From: a bacterium
GTDB taxonomy: Bacteria; SZUA-182; DTGQ01; JAFGSM01
Assembly: GCA_049472335.1 (NCBI GenBank)
Contig: JBLIRO010000113.1
Span: 1 to 13,224 of the forward strand
Reading direction: 5' to 3'
DNA: 13,224 nt
The position numbers and the translations under genes were made by a program. This document shows, piece after piece, positions 1 through 7,405 of the stretch. The notes below the pieces were generated by a model. That model saw only the letters and a program-made list of their open reading frames with translations, was not told where the DNA came from and searched no databases. Within the stretch, counting starts at the first letter, position 1; the number at the start of each line of letters is the position of its first letter.

Positions 1-2
1 GA

Positions 3-1220
3 CTCGGCGAAGATGTCACGGGTCTTCAGGAGCTTATCTCCTATGGGGTCAAGGGCACGGCCGCTTATGCGGATCATGCACAGATCCTTGGGATGGAGGA
101 TACAAGGATTTATGCCTTCATCCATGAGGCCCTTGTAGCTACTTTAAATAAAGAGTTGACATCGGATGAATGGCTGAAATTGGTATTGAAATCTGGTGAA
201 ATCAATCTTCTTACTATGGAGCTTCTTGACAAAGCAAATACAGGAAAATACGGACACCCTGTACCAACAGAAGTACCCCTTGGTGTTAAAAAAGGTAAGG
301 CCATCCTGGTATCAGGTCATGACCTTAAGGATTTGGAGGAGATCCTTAAACAAACCGAAGGAAAAGGTATTTATGTCTATACTCATGGTGAGATGCTCCC
401 CATCCATGGATATCCGGAACTTAAAAAATATTCACATTTTTATGGACATTACGGAACTGCCTGGCAAAATCAGACAAAGGAGTTTGCTGAATTTCCTGGT
501 GCTATCCTTATGACCACAAACTGTATCCAAAAGCCTAAAGAGTCCTATAAGGATAATATCTTCACCTGCGGCCAGGCTGGTTGGCCGGGTGTGGCTCACA
601 TAAAAAATGAAGATTTTACTCCTGTAATAGAAAAGGCACTCTCGTTGCCTGGGTTTTCTGAAGATCGAAATGGAAAATCTGTCATGGTGGGTTTCGGCCA
701 TAATACACTGCTTTCTGTGGCAGACAAAATTATAGCAGCAGTGAAAGAGAAAAAGATACGGCACTTTTTCCTTGTTGCTGGCTGCGATGGGGCAAAGCCT
801 GGTCGTAATTACTACACCCGTTTTGTTGAGCTTGTTCCAGAGGACTGTATTGTTCTTACCCTTGCATGTGGAAAATTCAGATTTTTTGACAAGGACCTTG
901 GGAAAATCGACGGCTTACCCCGACTTATCGATATTGGCCAGTGCAATGATGCTTATTCTGCTATACAGACTGCTATTGCTCTTTCTAAGGCTTTTAATTG
1001 CGGGGTCAATGATCTGCCTCTTTCTATGGTGCTCTCATGGTTTGAGCAGAAGGCAGTAGCCATTTTATTAACCCTTTTGCATCTGGGGATAAAGAATATA
1101 AGGCTTGGGCCGAGCCTTCCTGCCTTTGTCTCTGAAAATGTGCTAAATATATTCGTAAAAGAGTTCAATATCATGCCCATAACCACCCCGGAAGACGATA
1201 TAAAGGCAATATTAGGATAA
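3..1220 (+). CDS. hcp: Hybrid-cluster protein / hydroxylamine reductase (prismane), 5'-truncated by the window edge
   Basis: The frame is open from position 3 (LGEDVTGLQELISYGVKGTAAYADHAQILG) into ORF 93..1220, so ATG 93 is internal. Hcp motifs present: SGHDL, YTHGEMLP, LMTTNC, GCDG, LACGK, GQCND, SWFEQKA, IRLGPSLPAF. Confidence 0.97.
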   Translation, partial: LGEDVTGLQELISYGVKGTAAYADHAQILGMEDTRIYAFIHEALVATLNKELTSDEWLKLVLKSGEINLLTMELLDKANTGKYGHPVPTEVPLGVKKGKAILVSGHDLKDLEEILKQTEGKGIYVYTHGEMLPIHGYPELKKYSHFYGHYGTAWQNQTKEFAEFPGAILMTTNCIQKPKESYKDNIFTCGQAGWPGVAHIKNEDFTPVIEKALSLPGFSEDRNGKSVMVGFGHNTLLSVADKIIAAVKEKKIRHFFLVAGCDGAKPGRNYYTRFVELVPEDCIVLTLACGKFRFFDKDLGKIDGLPRLIDIGQCNDAYSAIQTAIALSKAFNCGVNDLPLSMVLSWFEQKAVAILLTLLHLGIKNIRLGPSLPAFVSENVLNIFVKEFNIMPITTPEDDIKAILG

Positions 1221-1737
1221 AAAGAGGTAAAAGAAATACTGAACCTTTGATTTACAGGCAAGGCATATCATAAAAGTATTTCGATAACAGGCTTGTATTG
1301 GAATTAAAGACCAATAATTAATAAATAGAAATTATACCTTTTAGAAAGCAAAAACATAAAAAAGGACTTTAACTGTAATGATAATTAATGCCAATGAAGT
1401 TTTGGCTTGGACAGAATCCATCTGCCGAAGATATTAATAGTTAAGATAGAATTAATAACTGAATATTACGGCTTGGGGATGTCTATTATGAATTAAAATA
1501 AATGATGAGTAAAATCTTACGGGATCTCCTTGTGGTTTTGAAAGAGAGATCGAAAAAACAAAAGAATTTTTATTCCTGCAAAGACATTTGTTACTTGAGT
1601 CCTCGAAACTAAAAGGGATAACAAAAATTATCAAAATGATACAAAGCACAATTAACTCAATGTTCGAAAAAATAAGCAAAGTTGTGAGTTTATGTATCAC
1701 CTCTCCGAATTATATAAATCAAATATCCAAGCCTCCA

Positions 1738-2091
1738 ATGATCAAATCAAATGAAATAAAGTGTGAAGAGTGTGGTAAAGAGATAGATTCAGAGTCTGCG
1801 AGAATATTCCAATTCATTGTATTCCGTTCTAGCGTGGGTACTTTAACATATGTAGATGCAAGATGGAGAGAATTAAGTTGGCAGGAATGGAATGAACAGG
1901 AAAAAAAGTCATGGTTAAAAGAGGGTCTTAAAGAAGAAAGGATTTTATGTTCATTTTGTGCAAAACAGTTTCACGACTGTATTAAAGAAAAAGATGAAAA
2001 ATTTTTCAGATTAAATTTATTAGGCGGAATAATTATTATTAGCATACTTCATATAGTATTATTGTCAATAGTAATTAAATTAATATTATAA
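1738..2091 (+). CDS. Hypothetical protein with two CxxC motifs (putative Zn site) and a C-terminal transmembrane anchor; start uncertain (1588, 1636 or 1738)
   Basis: CEEC near the N-terminus, CSFC later, and a hydrophobic tail LNLLGGIIIISILHIVLLSIVIKLIL ending at the stop. No convincing Shine-Dalgarno at any candidate start. Confidence 0.5.
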   Translation: MIKSNEIKCEECGKEIDSESARIFQFIVFRSSVGTLTYVDARWRELSWQEWNEQEKKSWLKEGLKEERILCSFCAKQFHDCIKEKDEKFFRLNLLGGIIIISILHIVLLSIVIKLIL

Positions 2092-2209
2092 ACTTTGGTG
2101 TGATGTTATTATGCAAGCCTGGATTGAAGAAGATAGCCAATACACAGTCACATGGATATATGACAGACTCTGCAATATGGGTTTTGCCCTTATGGAAAAC
2201 TTTCAATAA
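2090..2209 (+). mobile_element. Probable relic of an IS21-family IstA transposase (HTH region), about 33-40 codons
   Basis: Frame of ATG 2111 reads KLWCDVIMQAWIEEDSQYTVTWIYDRLCNMGF, resembling the IstA segment 'KLxPy..I.aWLeeD..Y.atWIYdrL..mG(F/Y)'. No DDE domain, istB or terminal repeats seen. Confidence 0.55.
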
Positions 2210-2222
2210 GGGCAAAACCCAT
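2177..2222. terminator. Perfect 17-bp inverted repeat just 3' of the amylase stop (terminator-like or mRNA-stabilising hairpin)
   Basis: ATGGGTTTTGCCCTTAT (2177-2193), 12-nt loop, ATAAGGGCAAAACCCAT (2206-2222); 4 nt beyond the amylase stop codon and between convergent ORFs. No U-tract on either strand. Confidence 0.65.
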
Positions 2223-2226
2223 CAAA

Positions 2227-4179
2227 TTAGGGTCTACTTGTATAGATGTTATTATCCCAGGCCTTCACGTAAATCTCATTTGCCTGTGAGCTATAAATCC
2301 TGTTGCCGCCATCCCATTTTCCATTAGAGTTGGTAAAGCAAAACTTAAAGTTGTCAGGGGCATTATCCAGGGCTACTTTCCACCAATGGCCATTGTTAAA
2401 GGAACCTTCATACTCCATGGTAAAGTCACCGCTCAATCCGTCCCAGCAGTGAATCGTGTAAGTGGTTGCAGACTCATACTCCAGGAAATGGACGATCAGT
2501 TTGTCGCCGCTACCACCTCCCTCCACAGCAATACTCCAGTCTTTTTTATCGTTATTGTCCCAGTCTTCTCCGTTAGTAAATACAAAGTCAATTTTTTCTT
2601 TAGCATCAGAGGGCACTGTTAAAGTAACCTGCCATTTATCGTTCTCTAAGGAAGACATACTGGTTTGTTTAGGATCTTTCCAGCCATCGAATCCCTGGTG
2701 GATCTTCATACTGGAAGAACCTTTCAGGTTCCTGGTGCTTGCGTTATAAGTAATGGTTACCGATTCACCCGCTTCAGGTTTTTCCGGCGTCCATTCTACA
2801 ACCTCACCAACAGGTTCATAGACACCTTCGTAAAGGACGATAATTTTCCCGCCGGGGATATTGCCTTTGATTTTACCATTAGCGACATCTAAAGAAACTT
2901 GAGCAGTTGCTTTATTGGAGTAGGATCCATTTTTAATATTAGTAGGAGAATCAATATAGGTATCACCGCCTAAATTAACAATGACCATCCCTGAGTTACC
3001 ACGTTCGATAATCAATGTTTCATTTCGAGGAATTCTTAAATATTCGGGCTGACCGACCATGGCATTTCTAAACTTATTGACTGCTATGATATCGTCATCT
3101 TTCCACATATCATCGGTGGGGCGGTCAAATAAACGGGGAGTCATGCCTGCCCTGGCCACGATCATGGCATGGGCCATTTTTCTTTCCCAGAAGCCCATAT
3201 CGGAAGTTTCTTTATGCTCATAATTATCATGATTTTCTACATAAGCTAATGCTTTATCTTTGGCTATATCGTGATTATGGTGATTGACATTTAAAATACC
3301 GTTCACATTTTTACTATAAACCGCGTTTCTTAAGGTACCGCCGTAACTATGGGCAGTAATATCAAAGTAGGATAAATAAGCTTGATCATTGTCTCCGTCA
3401 TCGGGCAGCACTTCACCAAAGAGATAGAGGTTGTTTTTGTTATGCAATCCGCCCAGGACTACATCCCAGTAATTTCCGGCCCAGCTTTTCCCGGCATCTT
3501 CATCTTTATTGGTTTCAATATGTTTGGCTGCGTCAAAACGGAACCCATCGGCACCAGCGTCAATACACTCATTTAAAAAGGCCAGATGCATTTGCTGTAC
3601 ATCAGAACGCTGGGTATTCCAGTCAGGACCGTTGCCTAAATTCTGCTGGGTAACCTTCTCTCTGTTTTTATAGTCACCAACTGTGCCTTTGTTGTGGAAA
3701 TAAAAGGATTTCTTTAAATCCGGATCGAGGTTGTCGTCCCATTGGCCGTCATTGCCGTTATCTGCTACTTGATTTAAAACAGCATCTACAATAATTTTTA
3801 TCCCGTAATTATTTTCAGCATCTTCACATAATGCCTTAAAATCATCATAACTACCAAGCTGCGTATTCCCAATATGTAAATTTACCGGTTGATACATGAG
3901 CCACCATTGGCTCCCGCTTGATTTGGTACCCTGTACAGGAGAAACCTGGATCGATTTATAACCGGTTTCTGCGATTTTTTTTAAATTCTCTTGAATATCT
4001 TTAAACCGCCAGCGGTAGGCATGGAGCATCACTCCATCTTCTATATTTTCGGGCAAACCATAGACAGAAGGCTCCATTGGGGTGTTGGGACCGGAGTCCT
4101 GGGGTTCAGATATACACGCTACAATTACTAATAAAATAATAAGTACACTTAATAATCTTTTTAACTTATATTTGCTCAT
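2227..4179 (-). CDS. Lipoprotein alpha-amylase, GH13 (Bacillus AmyE-like catalytic domain), with two C-terminal starch-binding-type modules (CBM25/CBM53-like, then CBM26-like)
   Basis: Basic N-terminus, hydrophobic stretch and lipobox IVAC. GH13 motifs IQVSP, WWLMYQP, DAVLNQ, PDWNT, GADGFRFDAAKH (nucleophile Asp, 3532-3534), FGEV (acid/base Glu, 3412-3414), YVENHD (3226-3228). C-terminal modules 'AGESVTITYN..HQGFDGW..W.VTLTVP..DFVFTNGEDWDNNDKKDW' and 'IHCWDG..MEYEG..WWKV..FCFTNSNGKWD'. Exact CBM family is uncertain. Confidence 0.93.
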   Translation of the reverse strand: MSKYKLKRLLSVLIILLVIVACISEPQDSGPNTPMEPSVYGLPENIEDGVMLHAYRWRFKDIQENLKKIAETGYKSIQVSPVQGTKSSGSQWWLMYQPVNLHIGNTQLGSYDDFKALCEDAENNYGIKIIVDAVLNQVADNGNDGQWDDNLDPDLKKSFYFHNKGTVGDYKNREKVTQQNLGNGPDWNTQRSDVQQMHLAFLNECIDAGADGFRFDAAKHIETNKDEDAGKSWAGNYWDVVLGGLHNKNNLYLFGEVLPDDGDNDQAYLSYFDITAHSYGGTLRNAVYSKNVNGILNVNHHNHDIAKDKALAYVENHDNYEHKETSDMGFWERKMAHAMIVARAGMTPRLFDRPTDDMWKDDDIIAVNKFRNAMVGQPEYLRIPRNETLIIERGNSGMVIVNLGGDTYIDSPTNIKNGSYSNKATAQVSLDVANGKIKGNIPGGKIIVLYEGVYEPVGEVVEWTPEKPEAGESVTITYNASTRNLKGSSSMKIHQGFDGWKDPKQTSMSSLENDKWQVTLTVPSDAKEKIDFVFTNGEDWDNNDKKDWSIAVEGGGSGDKLIVHFLEYESATTYTIHCWDGLSGDFTMEYEGSFNNGHWWKVALDNAPDNFKFCFTNSNGKWDGGNRIYSSQANEIYVKAWDNNIYTSRP

Positions 4180-4239
4180 CTTTTTTAACCTTTTCTGACT
4201 TTAATTGTTCCCTGTTTAATAAAAGATCATAAGGCCACG

Positions 4240-4368
4240 TTAATTTTTAAATTCAGTGCATGAAAAAAAAGTCTTGGTGAGAATAATACCTGCATGGAGA
4301 GGTAAGCTTAATATTTAGAATACTCGAACAGCGAGGGCATAAAATTTGGCAATCAACATTTCTTACAT
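4240..4368 (-). pseudogene. Start-stop ORF (ATG TAA) behind a perfect SD; reading through two stops gives a signal-peptide-like relic
   Basis: Minus strand AAGGAGG-cagaa-ATG TAA (SD 4380-4374, ATG 4368). The frame reads M*EMLIAKFYALAVRVF*ILSLPLHAGIILTKTFFSCTEFKN*. Confidence 0.35.
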
Positions 4369-4426
4369 TTCTGCCTCCTTTGTTTTAAATAGAAATAAGT
4401 ACAAAAATTTGATTTATCAGGATGAA

Positions 4427-4455
4427 AGTATATGTAGGATTTTTACTTTTGTCAA
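4427..4455 (-). promoter_or_regulatory. Sigma70-type promoter directed toward the amylase gene
   Basis: Minus strand TTGACA (4455-4450), 17-nt spacer, TATACT (4432-4427): perfect -35, optimal spacing, 5/6 -10. Confidence 0.75.
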
Positions 4456-4785
4456 GACAAATCAGAAATTTTAATCATGAAAGATAACTTATTAAATTTC
4501 AAACAGTTTTAAAACATACCAATAATTTGAAAAAATCATTAAAGATACAACCGTAATTTTTCATGAAGCATTTTATTTTTCAGGAAGATATTAGCAAAGG
4601 AGACAGATAATCACGAAAGGAAATATTCAGCATTTTTTATAAAAAAGGGATTCCATTCAATACCATTATACACAATTATATCCATTGTTTGTTTACTTTT
4701 TTAGTAAAAATTTTTAGGATATAATAGGGGTTAAATAAACAAATAAATTAACCATCAATAATCATTATATCAGGAGAGGTAAAAA

Positions 4786-4818
4786 ATGCCGGTAGTTCAT
4801 GTAAATGTATGGGCATGA
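4786..4818 (+). pseudogene. N-terminal fragment of a 4-oxalocrotonate tautomerase-family gene
   Basis: SD AGGAGAGG then ATG: MPVVHVNVWA*. Pro after the initiator Met plus an alternating beta-strand pattern is the typical 4-OT family start (MPxVxVxxWxG). Only 10 codons remain. Confidence 0.5.
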
Positions 4819-4949
4819 AATCGTTTATGATTTGCTTACAACAGAAAGAATAAAAAAACCGGGTTCTCGATTCAGGTTGCCGTAATGGAATCTTGTCTGA
4901 ATTGGTCTTCAAAAACTTCCTCATTCATTATACTAAATCTATTCATTGA
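4814..4949 (+). pseudogene. Frameshifted relic of a class I SAM-dependent methyltransferase (motif I region)
   Basis: HEIVYDLLTTERIKK, then after a frameshift in the A-run near 4852-4858, RVLDSGCRNGILSELVFKNF (from 4860), a degenerate VLDLGCGxG motif I followed by the usual helix. Confidence 0.5.
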
Positions 4950-4997
4950 TTCTAGAGGACATTTATATTAATCAATAGATTGGAAGGAGGCAGAAGG

Positions 4998-6539
4998 ATG
5001 AAAAGGATTTTATTTTTAATATTAATTACTGCTTTCATGATTACAAGGATGTCTGTTATGAAAGCCTTTGCCGATTCCAGCAGCGGACTTGATAGCGGCT
5101 CTCAAAATATCACCTTAACAGGATCAGTCGCTGATTATCTTTCCGGTTTAGATGCTATTCAGGTGGCCGATAATGAGATGTCTGTTGAAATGCACCTGCC
5201 ATCGGGCTGGAGCATGATTTCTCTTCCCATACTGCCATCTGGTGCTTCTGTATCCTCATTATTCCCTGAAGCAAAAACTGTTTTTGGTTATGAAAAAGGT
5301 AAAGGTTATGTACATGTAACAGCGAATGAAGAGCTTGAGCCTGGAAAAGGATATTGGTTTTTATTGGATCAGAATCAGAGTTATAACCTCACTGGCCAGC
5401 CTATCCAGTCTTATACCAAAACAGTATATGAACATGGATGGGAGATGATCGGCGGATGTACAGATTCAGCCAAAGCGTCAACAAATGGCTGCAAAATCGG
5501 AGTTATCTATGACTATGTACAAGGAATAGGATATAAACGTGTTCCCAGATCAGAGGAACTTGAATCTGGCAAAGGGTATTGGATACTCCTTCGTGATTTA
5601 ACCAGTATAATAATGCCCAATATGGAATTCCCGAACATGGATGCTGATTTTGCTGAACTTGTTTCTATGATGAATTACGCCGTTGTAACTAGCTGGAATG
5701 AACCTAATCTACAGGCAAAAATTACATTTATAGGGGTGGATATAGATGGTGCTAAAAAAGAGTTTTGCGAAGAACAGGAACAAATTTTAACACCTTTTAA
5801 AATGACTCATGAACAACTAAATGCCTATAATGATTTTGCATATAAAAGCAAAATCAAAATTGCTCAGGCACGTCGAATTGACAAAAATGACAATGAACTG
5901 CTTTTTCCTGAAGAAAGAAGAGATTTATACAACTCACCATATTTAGAGGAAATATCTCCTGCAGAGCTCCTTATACTCTGTGGTAATGATTGTCCGTTTG
6001 AGTATAGTGAGTATCGTTCAACACAAGTAAGCAGAATTTTGATTTCCTCTTCCCGTATGACACTTAAAAGGAACAGGCAAATCACTTTAAAAGAAGGTCT
6101 CTATTTTTTTGAAAAATTAACCCTGGAAGAAAACTCTATCATCAACACAGATGGAGCTGTGTCAATATATGTTAAAAAACTGGAATTAAAGAAGAATGCA
6201 AAATTGATGGGAGGGAATAGTATAAATATTGAAGAATGTCAACCCAACAATCTCATTATATTGGCTCAACGTTGGCCTAGTGCCTATTATGATCCGGAAG
6301 ACGGGGTGAAAATCGGGTCGGGGGCCACAGTATGCGGACATATATTTGCGCCCGATTTAAAGGTTATCATATGCAAAGGTTACATGGGCAAAGCTACGAG
6401 GGTTTATGGCTCTATATTGACTAATCAGCTTGTCACCTCCATATGCGACGCGGGTGCATCATTCGGCCCGATATGGATTATATATGATGAATATATAAAA
6501 TGCTTGAAATGCGATCTTGAATTAAAGAAATATAGATAG
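4998..6539 (+). CDS. Secreted multi-domain hypothetical protein (513 aa): signal peptide, duplicated 'GW.MI..E.GKGYW' surface-protein domain, linker, C-terminal 'G.IFAP..YGSI..IIYD' beta-rich domain
   Basis: Strong SD AAGGAGG (4984-4990) before ATG 4998. Sec signal MKRILFLILITAFMITRMSVMKAFA|DS. Internal repeat GWSMISLP...GKGYVHVTANEELEPGKGYWFLL / GWEMIGG...GIGYKRVPRSEELESGKGYWILL. Confidence 0.8.
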   Translation: MKRILFLILITAFMITRMSVMKAFADSSSGLDSGSQNITLTGSVADYLSGLDAIQVADNEMSVEMHLPSGWSMISLPILPSGASVSSLFPEAKTVFGYEKGKGYVHVTANEELEPGKGYWFLLDQNQSYNLTGQPIQSYTKTVYEHGWEMIGGCTDSAKASTNGCKIGVIYDYVQGIGYKRVPRSEELESGKGYWILLRDLTSIIMPNMEFPNMDADFAELVSMMNYAVVTSWNEPNLQAKITFIGVDIDGAKKEFCEEQEQILTPFKMTHEQLNAYNDFAYKSKIKIAQARRIDKNDNELLFPEERRDLYNSPYLEEISPAELLILCGNDCPFEYSEYRSTQVSRILISSSRMTLKRNRQITLKEGLYFFEKLTLEENSIINTDGAVSIYVKKLELKKNAKLMGGNSINIEECQPNNLIILAQRWPSAYYDPEDGVKIGSGATVCGHIFAPDLKVIICKGYMGKATRVYGSILTNQLVTSICDAGASFGPIWIIYDEYIKCLKCDLELKKYR

Positions 6540-6540
6540 C

Positions 6541-7395
6541 ATGAAAAAAGCATGTCATATGAGAAACATTAAAAAGCAGCCAGAAGACACCCACATACCA
6601 TCAAAAAAAGTGATATCGGATGTGGATATCATTAAATATTCGCATGGATGGGAAAGAGTCAGATCTCAGGTAGTAACTGAAGATTCACTCACTATCTACC
6701 TCAATGGAAAGCAGATCGTCACTCTGATGTGCACGAGCAATTCAAAGGAATTCCTGGCAATAGGCTTTCTTGTAGTTGAAAGATTAATAGAACCGGATAA
6801 AGCTGAAGAAATACAAATTATGGAATTTCAGGACGAGGCTATATACATCGAGGCCCCTTATTCTAAAAAGGCCCCTAGCGGAGATCAAAAAACAATAACC
6901 CCCGGGCTCGGCAAAGGCATAACATTTTCGCAGGGCGATAAACGCCTGGAATCGATCAAAATTTCCTCATCTATCAAGATCTCCCCGCCCAAGGTATTTC
7001 ACTTAATGAAGGAGCTGACAGAAAGGTCTACTCTATATAAGATGACACATGGTGTGCATAATGCCGGAATATGTACCCCTGATGAACTGGAGATTTTTCA
7101 GTATGACCTGGGAAGACATAATGCTGTAGACAAGCTCTATGGACAGTGTCTTTTGGAAAAGATCCCTCTTTCAGAGAGAATTATTATCGCCTCCGGCAGG
7201 GTATCCTCTGAAATCCTTACCAAAGTGGGGTTGATGGGCGTCCCTATACTGATTTCCCGTTCATCTCCCACGGACAAGTCAATTCAATTAGCAGACAGGA
7301 TCGGTCTTACCCTTATTGCCGGGGTACGGGGAGACAAGATGTCTGTCTACACTCACCCCGAACGTGTTTTAGGACTTTGTCAAAAAGATTTATGA
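6541..7395 (+). CDS. fdhD: Formate dehydrogenase accessory sulfurtransferase FdhD (start 6541 or 6559)
   Basis: EDSLTIYLNG..VTLMCT..FLAIGFL, THGVHNAG, DLGRHNAVDKLYG, SGRVSSEI..K, SRSSPT, G.TL....RG..MSVYTHPERV. Confidence 0.93.
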   Translation: MKKACHMRNIKKQPEDTHIPSKKVISDVDIIKYSHGWERVRSQVVTEDSLTIYLNGKQIVTLMCTSNSKEFLAIGFLVVERLIEPDKAEEIQIMEFQDEAIYIEAPYSKKAPSGDQKTITPGLGKGITFSQGDKRLESIKISSSIKISPPKVFHLMKELTERSTLYKMTHGVHNAGICTPDELEIFQYDLGRHNAVDKLYGQCLLEKIPLSERIIIASGRVSSEILTKVGLMGVPILISRSSPTDKSIQLADRIGLTLIAGVRGDKMSVYTHPERVLGLCQKDL

Positions 7396-7405
7396 GTATC
7401 CTTTC

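Noticed and set aside
1388..1501. Interrupted frame MPMKFWLGQNPSAEDINS*DRINN*ILRLGDVYYELK* as another gene relic
   Set aside because: Too short and generic to assign to any family by eye.
2180..2225. GGCAAAACCC/GAAA as a c-di-GMP-I riboswitch
   Set aside because: The second stem and the GACGCAAAGC-type segment are missing, the sequence is fully explained by a simple inverted repeat, and it lies 3' of genes.
2100..2327. 75-aa + strand ORF
   Set aside because: Runs through the hairpin and overlaps the amylase 3' end antisense; no SD or recognisable motif. The informative frame is the shorter one starting at 2111.
4369..4995. 12-bp inverted repeat AAGGAGGCAGAA (4369-4380 and 4984-4995) flanking the divergent intergenic region, suggestive of an invertible promoter switch
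   Set aside because: Seven of the 12 bases are the Shine-Dalgarno sequence, the same AAGGAGGCA context precedes the gene at 10404, and no recombinase is present. Best explained by shared RBS usage.
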